Below are positions 26,715 to 36,224 of a stretch of 64,000 bases of DNA, piece by piece; positions within the stretch are counted from its first letter, which is position 1, and the number at the start of each line of letters is the position of its first letter. The notes under the pieces were generated by a model. The model worked only from the letters and a program-made list of their open reading frames with translations. It was not told where the DNA came from and did not search any database. The DNA comes from an uncultured Lentisphaeria bacterium (GTDB lineage Bacteria > Verrucomicrobiota > Lentisphaeria > Victivallales > UBA1829). The position numbers were made by a program, and so were the translations under genes. The stretch covers positions 16,710 to 80,709 of the forward strand of contig CASDPB010000053.1 in assembly GCA_949282305.1 (NCBI GenBank), in the 5' to 3' direction.

Positions 26715-28133
26715 TCATTCCTTGATATACCCGCGCCGGTAGAATTGCAGACGGCGCTGCTCATAGGCACGGTGCTGGCGGCGGCGGTCGCTGACGCGCA
26801 TTTCCGAAGTGCCGTCGCTGACAAGTTCATACAATACCGCCTGTTTTCCGTCTTTCGCGCGCAGGATGCGCCCGAGGCGCTGCACATGTTCCCGCGTGCT
26901 TCCGCTGCCGGAAACCACGATCCCGATGCTTGCCTCCGGCACGTCCACGCCTTCGTTGAGAACTTTGCTGGTCAGCAGAACCGGATATTCTCCGCTGCGG
27001 AAACGGTCGAGAAAATCCTTTCTTTCTGCCGCCTTGGTCTTATGCGTGAGCACCGGCATGCAGAAAATCTCGCCCATGCGGTAGGCGGTGTCGTTGTCCG
27101 CTGTGAAAATGATGATGCGTTCGCTGCGGTTTTCGCGCATGATGTTCCATACGATATTCAGTTTCGCGTGGCTGCACTGGGCGATTGCGCGCTGTTTCAG
27201 GTAGGCTTTCATGGCGTCGCGTCCGCCTGGCAGACGTGCCGAAAGCATGATGAACCTTGTCCAGCCATCGCGTTCGGAGAAGTCGATCTGATGGGCGCGG
27301 ATGAAATTCGTGTACATGCGCCTTGCCGCGGCGTATTCCTCGGCTTCTTCCGGGGAAAGCGTGACCCGTATCCGGCGCGTAATGTAGGGGGCGAGCACTT
27401 TGCCTTCCAGTTCGTCGATGTGCGCCTGAAATACGATCGGGCCGATCAGACGTTCCATGACTTCCATGCCGTCGTCCTCGCGTTCCGGCGTTGCCGTAAG
27501 CCCGAGACGGTAGGGGGCGATGCACATGGACGCCGCCATGCGGTTGACCTGTCCGGGGAGGTGGTGGCACTCGTCGAAAACGATGAATCCGAAGCGGTTG
27601 CCGATGAACTCCATCATCAGCACAGCCGAGTCGTAGGTGCTGACCGTGATGTCCTTGACCTCCTTGCTTCCTCCGCCGAGCATTCCCACTTCGCATTGAA
27701 AAAAGGAGCTCAGCACTTTCTGCCACTGGATCATGAGATCGATGGTCGGCACGACGACCAGAGTCGAGCGCCGGATTGCGGCAATCGCCAGAACCGCGAA
27801 ATACGTTTTGCCGGAACCCGTCGGCATGACGACCATGCCGCGCCCTTTGGCTTCGCGCCATTTTTCCAGAGCTTTCCGCTGATGCGGCATGGGCGGATGC
27901 GGATTGAATATTTTCAGATCGAGAGAATGATAGTCCCGTGCGGCGTCTTCGACTTCAAACCTGTTTTCGTAGGCGGTGCGCATGATCTTTGCATAATCGG
28001 ACGCGGCGGCGCGGAAGGAGTTGACGCGGATGTCCTGGATTGTGGAGGAGGCGATGGATTCCGGCAGTTCCGTTCCTTCTTCGGGTTTGACGAGCAGAGT
28101 GCCCGCGGAGAATTCGAGTCGTATCTTAGCCAT
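26715..28133 (-). CDS. XPB/Rad25-like SF2 DNA helicase
   Basis: The start is set at ATG 28133 (MAKIRLEF) because the upstream gene stops at 28138. Motif I is MPTGSGKT, motif II DECH, and motif III TAT directly followed by RED (LTATPERED, an XPB hallmark). Motif VI is QRLGRILR. Confidence 0.85.
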   Translation of the reverse strand: MAKIRLEFSAGTLLVKPEEGTELPESIASSTIQDIRVNSFRAAASDYAKIMRTAYENRFEVEDAARDYHSLDLKIFNPHPPMPHQRKALEKWREAKGRGMVVMPTGSGKTYFAVLAIAAIRRSTLVVVPTIDLMIQWQKVLSSFFQCEVGMLGGGSKEVKDITVSTYDSAVLMMEFIGNRFGFIVFDECHHLPGQVNRMAASMCIAPYRLGLTATPEREDDGMEVMERLIGPIVFQAHIDELEGKVLAPYITRRIRVTLSPEEAEEYAAARRMYTNFIRAHQIDFSERDGWTRFIMLSARLPGGRDAMKAYLKQRAIAQCSHAKLNIVWNIMRENRSERIIIFTADNDTAYRMGEIFCMPVLTHKTKAAERKDFLDRFRSGEYPVLLTSKVLNEGVDVPEASIGIVVSGSGSTREHVQRLGRILRAKDGKQAVLYELVSDGTSEMRVSDRRRQHRAYEQRRLQFYRRGYIKE

Positions 28134-28137
28134 TGCG

Positions 28138-29427
28138 TCAGGGATTTTCAAGCATGTCTTTGAGGTGCTGCGAATACCCGAGGAATGAACCGCATGTTTC
28201 CGGGAGGGCAAAAGTCGATCCCAGAACGACGGCATTTCCGGCGCGTCCGTGGGAACCTCTGACAAGCCTCGCGTCGGTGCTGGTGCGGAACGGATTCCAC
28301 CATTGCAGCGGAAAAAGTTCACAGGGGTCGAAACCCGGTTTGCTGTGGATGTCCACATGATCCGCATAATCGGGCGCTTCTTCGTCTTTGTTCCACCACT
28401 GATAGGAGAAATGATAGCCTTCCGCCGCTTCGAGAATCAGTTCCCCGGCGCGCGGGTGGTTCAGTTCCGGCGAATCACCGCGTTCCATGACGCGTCCGAT
28501 TCCATTGGACATGCTGAACAGCATTTTGAGGGGAGCCAGGTCTTTCTCCTCTCTGACATAGACGTGTGCGATCTGGTGATCGACAAGCGCGAACGCGCGG
28601 CTCGTGACATACTGCGGATATGTCATCTTCTCCACATGCCGCACGTCGAAATAGGAGGAATCGCGCAGAATCCTGTTCGGGTAAACCGGCGTGTCAACCT
28701 CCGTGATCTCGTAATCTCCGCAGAATGTGAATTCGTATCCGTTTTCCTGCGCATTCTGAAAAAGCGCCTCCACCATTTTCTCCAGTTCGGAGAACGCCTT
28801 TGCCGCGCTCCGGCTTTGCGGACCGTGTTTCTGCTGCGCATAGTCCAGATGCGGAAGGTAGATGAGGATCAGCGACTCTTTTTCGGAGGCAAGGCGGCGT
28901 ATCGTTTCGATTCCCGCTTCGGTGATCCATTCGGAGGACTTGATCGATGCGAACGGCCCCCAGTAGTTCATCAGATTGAATTTGAGTCCGGTGATTTCGC
29001 AGATTTCATGATACAGATTCGGCGGCAGTGAAAGAAATTCCTGAATCATTCCGCCGTGATGCTTGTGAACCGGCGCGGGACTCAGAAAAACATCGGAGTC
29101 CGTGCCGGGGCACTGCTGAAAACAGATCTGCGCCACCTTGCCGCCGCGCAGCCGGAAATTTTCCCAGATGCGCGGACCGCTGAAAAGGGTGGACGGCTGT
29201 TTCCAGAAGAAGGGCTCCTGCAGCGCACGGTCGAAATAACCGCTTGCGATCATGCCGTGCGCATTCGGAAGCGAGGCAGTTCTGAGGGTCGCCTGAACGG
29301 GGCAGGTGAGAGCGGGGAAAAGCGATTCCGCGCGTTTGGGCGAAAGTTTTTCCCAGAATGCCGCCTGCCTGCGGGACTCGAACAGAGAGTAGCCCGCGCC
29401 GGCTCCCAGAACGACTGCCAGCTTCAT
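28138..29427 (-). CDS. Alkaline-phosphatase-superfamily protein (type I phosphodiesterase / nucleotide pyrophosphatase-like)
   Basis: 429 aa. FPALTCPVQATLRTASLPNAHGM resembles the nucleophile-Thr/metal-site motif of the family. The gene ends 4 nt before the helicase start and its own start overlaps the ilvN stop (29424-29427). Confidence 0.7.
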   Translation of the reverse strand: MKLAVVLGAGAGYSLFESRRQAAFWEKLSPKRAESLFPALTCPVQATLRTASLPNAHGMIASGYFDRALQEPFFWKQPSTLFSGPRIWENFRLRGGKVAQICFQQCPGTDSDVFLSPAPVHKHHGGMIQEFLSLPPNLYHEICEITGLKFNLMNYWGPFASIKSSEWITEAGIETIRRLASEKESLILIYLPHLDYAQQKHGPQSRSAAKAFSELEKMVEALFQNAQENGYEFTFCGDYEITEVDTPVYPNRILRDSSYFDVRHVEKMTYPQYVTSRAFALVDHQIAHVYVREEKDLAPLKMLFSMSNGIGRVMERGDSPELNHPRAGELILEAAEGYHFSYQWWNKDEEAPDYADHVDIHSKPGFDPCELFPLQWWNPFRTSTDARLVRGSHGRAGNAVVLGSTFALPETCGSFLGYSQHLKDMLENP

Positions 29428-29948
29428 TTCTTGCGGAATCCCGCGGTGACGCCGGATGCGCGGGATACGGCAGTGCTGCCGGTTCGCGCGATTTCGACGA
29501 TTTTGTAGTCCGACATCAGCGTCAGGAAATGCTCGATCTTCTCGGGTGTGCCGGAGATTGCGATGCAGAGTTCGTCCTTGTTGACGTTCGGGATGTTTCC
29601 GTGGAAAAGTTCCACGAGCTGAACAATCGCCACACGGGTGAGCTGGGTTGTCTTGACCTTGATGATTGCCAGTTCCAGTTCCAGATAATCTTCCGAATCA
29701 AGATCCGTGACGGAAACCACGTCGACCAGCTTGTTCAGCTGTTTTTCTATCTGTTCGAGCACATCGTCGTCGCCTCTTGTGACGATCGTCATGCGCGAAA
29801 GATTCGGGTCGTGCGTGTGGTTGACGGTCAGTGACTCAATATTGTAGCCGCGTCCGCTGAAAAGCCCCGCGATTCTGGCAAGTGCGCCGAATTTGTTTTC
29901 GACAAGCACCGAAATCGTATGCTGTTTGATGTCTTTTCCCATAATCAA
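29424..29948 (-). CDS. ilvN: Acetolactate synthase small (regulatory) subunit
   Basis: 174 aa. ACT domain HTISVLVENKFGALARIAGLFSGRGYNIESLTV plus the ALS small-subunit C-terminal domain. Confidence 0.9.
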   Translation of the reverse strand: MIMGKDIKQHTISVLVENKFGALARIAGLFSGRGYNIESLTVNHTHDPNLSRMTIVTRGDDDVLEQIEKQLNKLVDVVSVTDLDSEDYLELELAIIKVKTTQLTRVAIVQLVELFHGNIPNVNKDELCIAISGTPEKIEHFLTLMSDYKIVEIARTGSTAVSRASGVTAGFRKK

Positions 29949-29967
29949 TGCCCTTTGTTTAAGACTG

Positions 29968-31896
29968 TTACTTCAACATGACCTGTCCGCCGGTAACGGG
30001 GATCGCCTGTCCTGTTTCATATTTCTGCTCCACGGCGTAAAGGATCGCCTTTGCCACGTCCGCGGGGTAACAGCCGCGGTTCATCGGAACTTTTGCCTCG
30101 TAGAAACGCTTGACGTCTTCAACGGTCTTGGCGCCGGGAACCTTGCCGCTGTTCAGATACTGGACGAAAAGCCCGCGTTCGGGATTGCTCCAGAGCGGTC
30201 CGTCGAAGAAATTGCCGGGGCATACGCTGTTGACTTTGATGCGGTCCGCGACCAGTTCCATGGCGAAGCTCTGCGTAAGCCCGATTCCGCCGAATTTGCC
30301 GCCGGCGTATGCGCCGTTCTTATTGCTACCCTGAAGCCCGCTCTTGGAGTTGACCTGAACGATGTCGAGCCAGTCGCCGCCGTCCGCCGTTTCCGCCGCC
30401 ATGACGGCGGAGACATGCTTGACGCAGAGGAAATACCCGTTGTAGTTGATGTCCGTGACGAACTCCCAGTCCTTGAGGGAGAAGGTCTTGACGGAACCCG
30501 CCTTGAGCACGCCGGCATTGGCTACGAAAAGGTCGATGCCGCCGCAGAGCTTCGTGACGTCGCAGACCATTTTCGAGACGGAGCCTTCATCCGCGATATT
30601 GACCGCGACGGAGAACGCCTCCACCGCCGGATATTCCGCCTTTATGGTGTCCGCCGCTTTCTGCGCGCCTTCGACATTCAGATCGGCGATCACGATCACC
30701 GCGCCCTCTTTTGCAAGCTCTTCCGCGATGCCGTAGCCGAATCCCTGCGCGGCGCCGGTGACGACCGCCACTTTGCCTTTGAGTCTGCCGCCTGCGGACG
30801 GACTGGATTTCGCCGCCTGCGCACGACGGTAGGATTCCACCTCCCAGTTTTCAATGAACAGACGGTCGCGGTCGCTGAGGTAGTGTGGGCCGCCGAATGC
30901 CGCCGCAAGCTGTTTCACGAGTCCGGCGTCCGCCGCGAGAGCCGCCACGGTCGAAGCGCCTTTCAGCGTGTCGCCCGCGCAGAAAACGCCTTTTCCGGGG
31001 ACGCTGACCACCAGCGGTTTGAAGCCGTTGGCTTTTTCATACGCATCGACCTCTTCCTTTTTCGGGTCGTCGGACACCATCGGAAAGGATTTGGCATACA
31101 CAATGTGATCGGGGGAGAGCGGGCCTCCCGTGACTTCGAATTCGCCCGCCCAGGTGATGAATTTGCGCTGGACGGCTTCCCCTTCGCCCGCGCCGAGGAG
31201 GGTGCGGAGTTTCGGGGCGATCAGTTTGGATGCCTCGAAATCAGGTTCGGAGCGTTTGAGTTCCACGGCGACTCCGGCTTTGGCATACGCCGCTTTCAGA
31301 GTGGACATGATGTTGTCGTAAATTGCATTGATCTCCGTATCGGTATCCGCGCCGACAAACACGCCGTGATTCTGGAGGAAGATCACCTGGGGAGCGGTTC
31401 CCCTGGCTTTTTTGTATGCAGCCATCTCGTCCGCGACTTTGCGTGAAAGGGTGTATCCCGGATCAACATACGCGATCCAGAGAGCGTCCGGGAAGAGTTC
31501 CGCGCAGACTTTTGCGCCGTTTTCGGCACAGGTCATCCCGTTGACGAGAGCCGGATGGAGGTGCACGACATACCGGAACGGGATGAGTTCATGAAGCGGA
31601 GCCTCGACCGAGGGGCGTCCGGAAGATTCCGGACAGACCGCCGCCATCATGAATTCTTTCGCAATCACTTCGCGCTGCGTGACGTCGGACGGCATCTCAT
31701 GGGTGAAGATCTTTTCAATCAGCGCACGTTCCATTTTCACAAAATTTTCCGGTCTGATCTTTGCAAGCGCCACGCCGCTGGGCTTGACATAGAGGTATTT
31801 CTCATCTTTCACGGAGGTATTGCCCCCGCCGGCAAGGACATACGCCGGATCAGAACCGTATTTGACAGACAGTGCTGTGATCGTTTCGAGAGACAT
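29968..31896 (-). CDS. Bifunctional class II aldolase/adducin-domain and short-chain dehydrogenase protein (rhamnulose-1-phosphate aldolase/alcohol dehydrogenase-like)
   Basis: 642 aa. The N-terminal aldolase II-like region is YVLAGGGNTSVKDEKYLYVKPSG. The C-terminal SDR carries GKVAVVTGAAQGFGYG (TGxxxGxG) and the catalytic YAGGK (YxxxK). Confidence 0.85.
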   Translation of the reverse strand: MSLETITALSVKYGSDPAYVLAGGGNTSVKDEKYLYVKPSGVALAKIRPENFVKMERALIEKIFTHEMPSDVTQREVIAKEFMMAAVCPESSGRPSVEAPLHELIPFRYVVHLHPALVNGMTCAENGAKVCAELFPDALWIAYVDPGYTLSRKVADEMAAYKKARGTAPQVIFLQNHGVFVGADTDTEINAIYDNIMSTLKAAYAKAGVAVELKRSEPDFEASKLIAPKLRTLLGAGEGEAVQRKFITWAGEFEVTGGPLSPDHIVYAKSFPMVSDDPKKEEVDAYEKANGFKPLVVSVPGKGVFCAGDTLKGASTVAALAADAGLVKQLAAAFGGPHYLSDRDRLFIENWEVESYRRAQAAKSSPSAGGRLKGKVAVVTGAAQGFGYGIAEELAKEGAVIVIADLNVEGAQKAADTIKAEYPAVEAFSVAVNIADEGSVSKMVCDVTKLCGGIDLFVANAGVLKAGSVKTFSLKDWEFVTDINYNGYFLCVKHVSAVMAAETADGGDWLDIVQVNSKSGLQGSNKNGAYAGGKFGGIGLTQSFAMELVADRIKVNSVCPGNFFDGPLWSNPERGLFVQYLNSGKVPGAKTVEDVKRFYEAKVPMNRGCYPADVAKAILYAVEQKYETGQAIPVTGGQVMLK

Positions 31897-32086
31897 GTTT
31901 TCTGGCTCCTTTCATTGTTTGCAGTAACAATTCCGTAAAATAACCTGCAAATCAGTGATTTCAAGCGAAGAAGGGTGTCTCTTCCATGTTTTTAGCGGAT
32001 GGCTTTCCCGAAGGACGCGGGCGCGGAAGGTTTCAACTGACGGAGACCGCCGGGCAAAACGGGAACCGGCGGTTCCGGGAACGGGG

Positions 32087-33787
32087 TCATCTTTTTTCCG
32101 CGAACAGCTTTTTTACCGTTTCCGCGGCGAGTTTCGGGCGGCGATACTGGTCGAAGACTCCGGCGAGATTCTGGGCGAGCGGCTTGCAGCGGATGTCGGA
32201 ACCCTTCCGCAGATAGCTTTTCGCATCGTTGAACTGCCAGATCGCGAGTCCGCAGAGTTCCGGAGATGCGAAGACCTGTCTGATGACCTCCGCCAGATAC
32301 TCCGCCTGGAATTCCTCTGTCCATTGAGCTGCGGCGCGGTCGTGGCAGCCGTAGAGCCCGCAGCAGCCCATTTCGCTGACCATGATCGGCTTGTCCGGCG
32401 GATTGTACGTTTTGAAACGCTCTATGATTTTGTCGCGGTTTTCGCGGATGCGGGAAGTCGGTTCCGACTCCGTGTCTTCCGTGATCCAGCCGGGATAGGT
32501 GTTGTAGGCGACGATGTCCATGAGATCGGTGCAGATGTCGTTCCAGACCGCTGCGCATGCGAATGTGACGAGGCGGCTTGCGTCTTCCTCTTTGATCGCT
32601 CCCGTCAGTCGCCGGCAGATGGCGCGTCCTTCCTTCCAGCGGGAATGGAGTTCGTTCAGGAACGCCCAGATGATTACGCATGGATGGTTGATGCTGTTCC
32701 TGACCATGAGGCGCGTCTGTTTTTCCTGCAGGGCGATGAATTCCGGGTCCGCCATCTGTTCTTTCGTATTGCCCCAGCCGAGACTTTCCTCCCATACCAG
32801 GAACCCCATGCGGTCGCAGAGATCAAGAAAGCGCTGATCCTGCGGATAATGACAGCCCCGAACGAAATTGCAGTTCAGCGCCTTCAGGTTCTGGAGGTCT
32901 TCGATCATGATCTGTTCCGGCATCGCCGGGCCGAATTCCGGGTGGGATTCATGACGGTTGAAGCCTTTCAGAAAGACCGGTTTCCCGTTCAGGAGAATCT
33001 GCTTTTTCCCCGTCCTGACTTCACGTATGCCGAAAGATTCGACGATGCGGTCGTTTCCCGTTCCGACTTCCAGCGTATGCAGATTCGGCGTTTCCGGAGA
33101 CCAGAGCCTGAAGTCCGGCACAACCGCCTCAAGTGAGGCGGAATGAGCTTGTATCGTGAGCGTCTCAGACCTGAATGCGCTTTCCGTGTCGAATTTCAGC
33201 TCGACGCCGAGCGTTTCCGGCACATCGCCCCGGAACAGAAAGCGCAGATTCACTTTTCCTGTCCTGTAGTCCGCCGTGCGTATCTGAACGCGGTCGATGA
33301 AACAGCCTTCCGGCAGAAGATGCAATGTGACGCCGCGGTAGAATCCGCCGAATGCGTAAAAGTCATAATAAGGCTGGAACAGCTTCATTTTTTCGGGATC
33401 GAAACGGTTGTCCAGTGCGGCGCAGAGGGTGTGCTTTCCCGCCGTAACCCTCCCCGTTTCAAATTCGACGCCGGAGTAGGGCAGGTTCGTGAAACCGATT
33501 TCCCTTCCGTCAATCCAGAAGCGTGCGCGCAGCCCGAGCCCGCCGAGTTTCAGGAGAGCGTTCGGCGCATTCCGCTCCAGCGTGAACTCCGTGCGGTAAA
33601 GTGCGATTCCCCGCTTGCAGTAATATGCGGGGGTGCAGTCGAACGCTCCGGGGACGCACATGATGTCATGGAACGTGAACTCCGCCGGATCAAGCTGTTC
33701 CAGTTCCGCGTCGCCGATGAAATTGAAGTCCCATGCTCCGTCGAGAACAAGGATTTTTCTGGATGGATAAAGTGGATAGGCGTTCAT
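32087..33787 (-). CDS. Glycoside hydrolase family 2, beta-glucuronidase-like
   Basis: 566 aa from ATG 33787 (GGAGG at about 33800; the ORF-track start 33895 was rejected). GH2 motifs NFVRGCHYPQDQR and NHPCVIIWAFLNE (acid/base E), MVSEMGC (nucleophile E) and WQFNDAKSY. Confidence 0.85.
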   Translation of the reverse strand: MNAYPLYPSRKILVLDGAWDFNFIGDAELEQLDPAEFTFHDIMCVPGAFDCTPAYYCKRGIALYRTEFTLERNAPNALLKLGGLGLRARFWIDGREIGFTNLPYSGVEFETGRVTAGKHTLCAALDNRFDPEKMKLFQPYYDFYAFGGFYRGVTLHLLPEGCFIDRVQIRTADYRTGKVNLRFLFRGDVPETLGVELKFDTESAFRSETLTIQAHSASLEAVVPDFRLWSPETPNLHTLEVGTGNDRIVESFGIREVRTGKKQILLNGKPVFLKGFNRHESHPEFGPAMPEQIMIEDLQNLKALNCNFVRGCHYPQDQRFLDLCDRMGFLVWEESLGWGNTKEQMADPEFIALQEKQTRLMVRNSINHPCVIIWAFLNELHSRWKEGRAICRRLTGAIKEEDASRLVTFACAAVWNDICTDLMDIVAYNTYPGWITEDTESEPTSRIRENRDKIIERFKTYNPPDKPIMVSEMGCCGLYGCHDRAAAQWTEEFQAEYLAEVIRQVFASPELCGLAIWQFNDAKSYLRKGSDIRCKPLAQNLAGVFDQYRRPKLAAETVKKLFAEKR

Positions 33788-33971
33788 GATGTTGTGACCT
33801 CCTGTTTTTCCGTTGTTTGCGTTAAAATATCCTCCTGCCGTTGTCCGCGCAATCGGATTTTTGGCTGAAAAACCGGACTTTTGAGGCATCTGCATAGGAT
33901 TTTCAGTTGTAAAAAAGGTTCTGAAATGCTAAAATATATATTTGAAACTTGCAACTTTCTGGGAGACTACC

Positions 33972-35165
33972 ATGCAGACTGTAACAGATGAAATCAGAAA
34001 TTTCCTCGCCAACTCTTCCGGCATCCGCAAAATGTTTGAGGCGGGAATTGAATTGAGGAAAAAATACGGCGACGACAAAGTGTATGACTTCAGCCTCGGC
34101 AATCCGGATCTTCCGCCCCCGCCTGAAGTCGGAAGCGCACTCGGGAAGATCGCGCTCCGAGCCGGGGAGCCGTTTTCCATCGGCTATATGCCGAACGCCG
34201 GGTATCCCGCTCTCCGCGAAATACTTGCCCGGAAACTTTCCGCGGAGCAGGGTGTGAAGATACCGGCTTCCAGCGTGATTGTCACCTGCGGTGCGGCGGG
34301 CGCGATCAATGTTTTTTTCCGTTCGGTTCTTTCCGCCGGGGATGAGGTTATCACCCCGAGTCCGTATTTTGTGGAGTATGGTTTTTACGCGGGAAACTTC
34401 GGCGGCAGACTGGTGCCGGTGAAATCCGTGGATTTCACTTTTGAACTGGATGTGGATGCGATGGCAAACGCCGTCAATGAAAAAACGCGCGCGATCATCC
34501 TCAATTCCCCGCACAACCCGACCGGTCAGATTTATACCCGCGACCAGCTCCAGGCGCTTGCGAAAATCGTTGCGGATGCGGAAAAACGTTACGGGCGCGC
34601 AATTTACATCGTCGCGGATGAGCCTTATCGTTTCCTGAACTTCGACGATGCGGATATTCCTTCCGTGTTCGAGTATTTCCCGCACAGCGTCGTGATCGGT
34701 TCTTTCTCTAAGAGTCTTTCCCTTGCCGGCGAGCGTATCGGTTATATTGCCGCGAATCCCGCGATGGAGGGGATTGACGATCTGATGAACGGACTGATTC
34801 TCTGCAACCGCATTCTCGGCTTCGTGAATGCTCCGGCGGTCGCCCAGCAGATTCTGATGGAGTGCGCCGATGCACAGGTTGACCTGAATATCTACCGTTC
34901 CCGCCGTGCCGCGATGGCGGAAGTCCTGACGGATGCCGGAATCAAGTTCACAATGCCGAAAGGCGCGTTTTATTTCTTCCCGAAATCGCCTGTCGCGGAC
35001 GACAAGGTATTCATTGATGCGCTGGTGAAGGAGTGTGTGCTTGCCGTTCCCGGAAGCGCGTTCGGCGGTCCCGGTTATTTCCGTATGGCGTTCTGCGTGG
35101 ACGAGAAAGTGATCCGTGCCGCCGCCCCGGGCATGAAACGCGCCGTCGAAGCGGTGCTGAAGTAA
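33972..35165 (+). CDS. Pyridoxal-phosphate-dependent aminotransferase, class I/II (aspartate aminotransferase-like)
   Basis: 397 aa from ATG 33972 (MQTVTDEIRNFLANSSGIRKMFE). PLP-lysine motif SFSKSLSLAGERIGY. Also NSPHNPTG. Confidence 0.9.
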   Translation: MQTVTDEIRNFLANSSGIRKMFEAGIELRKKYGDDKVYDFSLGNPDLPPPPEVGSALGKIALRAGEPFSIGYMPNAGYPALREILARKLSAEQGVKIPASSVIVTCGAAGAINVFFRSVLSAGDEVITPSPYFVEYGFYAGNFGGRLVPVKSVDFTFELDVDAMANAVNEKTRAIILNSPHNPTGQIYTRDQLQALAKIVADAEKRYGRAIYIVADEPYRFLNFDDADIPSVFEYFPHSVVIGSFSKSLSLAGERIGYIAANPAMEGIDDLMNGLILCNRILGFVNAPAVAQQILMECADAQVDLNIYRSRRAAMAEVLTDAGIKFTMPKGAFYFFPKSPVADDKVFIDALVKECVLAVPGSAFGGPGYFRMAFCVDEKVIRAAAPGMKRAVEAVLK

Positions 35166-35186
35166 AGTTCTTCTGACCGGGAAAAC

Positions 35187-35198
35187 AGCCTGATGCCG
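35187..35198 (+). repeat. Left copy of the 12-bp direct repeat AGCCTGATGCCG
   Basis: An exact 12-mer is also present at 40589-40600. This copy lies 22 nt after the aminotransferase stop. Confidence 0.6.
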
Positions 35199-36224
35199 CA
35201 GTGCCCTGCGCCTGGCTGGTCATTGTAGAAACCTCCGGTCCTATATTGGAGTTCGGCTCACCAGCCGGACTCTGTATAGAACAGGAGGTTGCAATGACAG
35301 AAGATAGAAGCAGTCTATTCATAATCGAAGAAGCCGGGCAGTGTCCAGATCATATCCCCATGCCGGTGGGTATTCCCCGAATTTGAGTGTATCGCAGTTT
35401 GCAGACTGTTTGATGGGTAAGAGTTTCTTGAAGGTCTTTGACCGTCATGCACAGCTGAAACGCCGGCATGACAACTGCCATTTTGGGGGGCGTGCGACTT
35501 TGTTCAAAGTTCTTTGAGGGGCAGGGCGGTATCATGCTCTTACAGGGCTGGAACAAGTCACCGGCTCAGCACGGCAGGTGGTTTTGACTTTCCGCTGGAG
35601 ATGGTGTTTTTCCATCAGATAAAAAAGCAGTTTAACGCCTATGGATTCACAATCCTGCCGCATTCCTGCGCAGAAAAGAACGGCTGCCCCGGACGAATTC
35701 CTCCCCGGCCAGTTTTGCTTTTTCCGGCAATTTTATTGGAGCTCCTGCGATTTGGTGCATTTTCGATCAGAAAAGGTTCAGGATGATGCCAAGATACTCC
35801 AAGTTCAAAAAACTTCCAGCTTTCGGTCAGCGTATGGGATTTTCCTCTTCCGATTGAAATATTGATTGCCTATTTACCCGCCAATATCCAGTAGCTAGTT
35901 TTTTCTCTAGTTCAACTGATGCCGGAGATTGTTTTTACCGGCAGTCTATGAAATATTTCAGGAGTCTGCCTGTCATGGACAATAATTTTGTGGTTGATCT
36001 GAACAATATCACAACCGAGTGCTTCAAGCACATCCATATCAATTTCAGCTAACATCTGTATAATACCAATACAGCGGAACGATTTTCCGGCTGTCTAGAA
36101 AAACGTAGTAAATCCAGACATGTAAGCAGATGGATTCCTTGTATTTACCTCCGAGGTCAATGGGACAGCGATCTGCAGGTCATTTATTTTATGTTACAGT
36201 GACACGTTAACATGAGTTCATAAA
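35199..36224. other. About 1 kb without an intact gene, with protein-like frames broken by stops (possible decayed gene or mobile-element remnant)
   Basis: Only short ORFs occur here. Hand translation of the minus strand gives stretches such as GKSHTLTESWKFFELGVSWHHPEPFLIENAP, IGVKLLFYLMEKHHLQRKVKT, DLGGKYKESICLHVWIYYVFLD and LAEIDMDVLEALGCDIVQINHKIIVHD. Each ends in a stop or frameshift. Their identity is unknown. Confidence 0.3.

Noticed and set aside
26649-28163. 504-aa plus-strand ORF opposite the XPB-like helicase. The same applies to 29893..31446 opposite the aldolase/SDR gene.
   Set aside because: The minus-strand genes carry complete helicase and SDR motif sets. The plus-strand translations have none.
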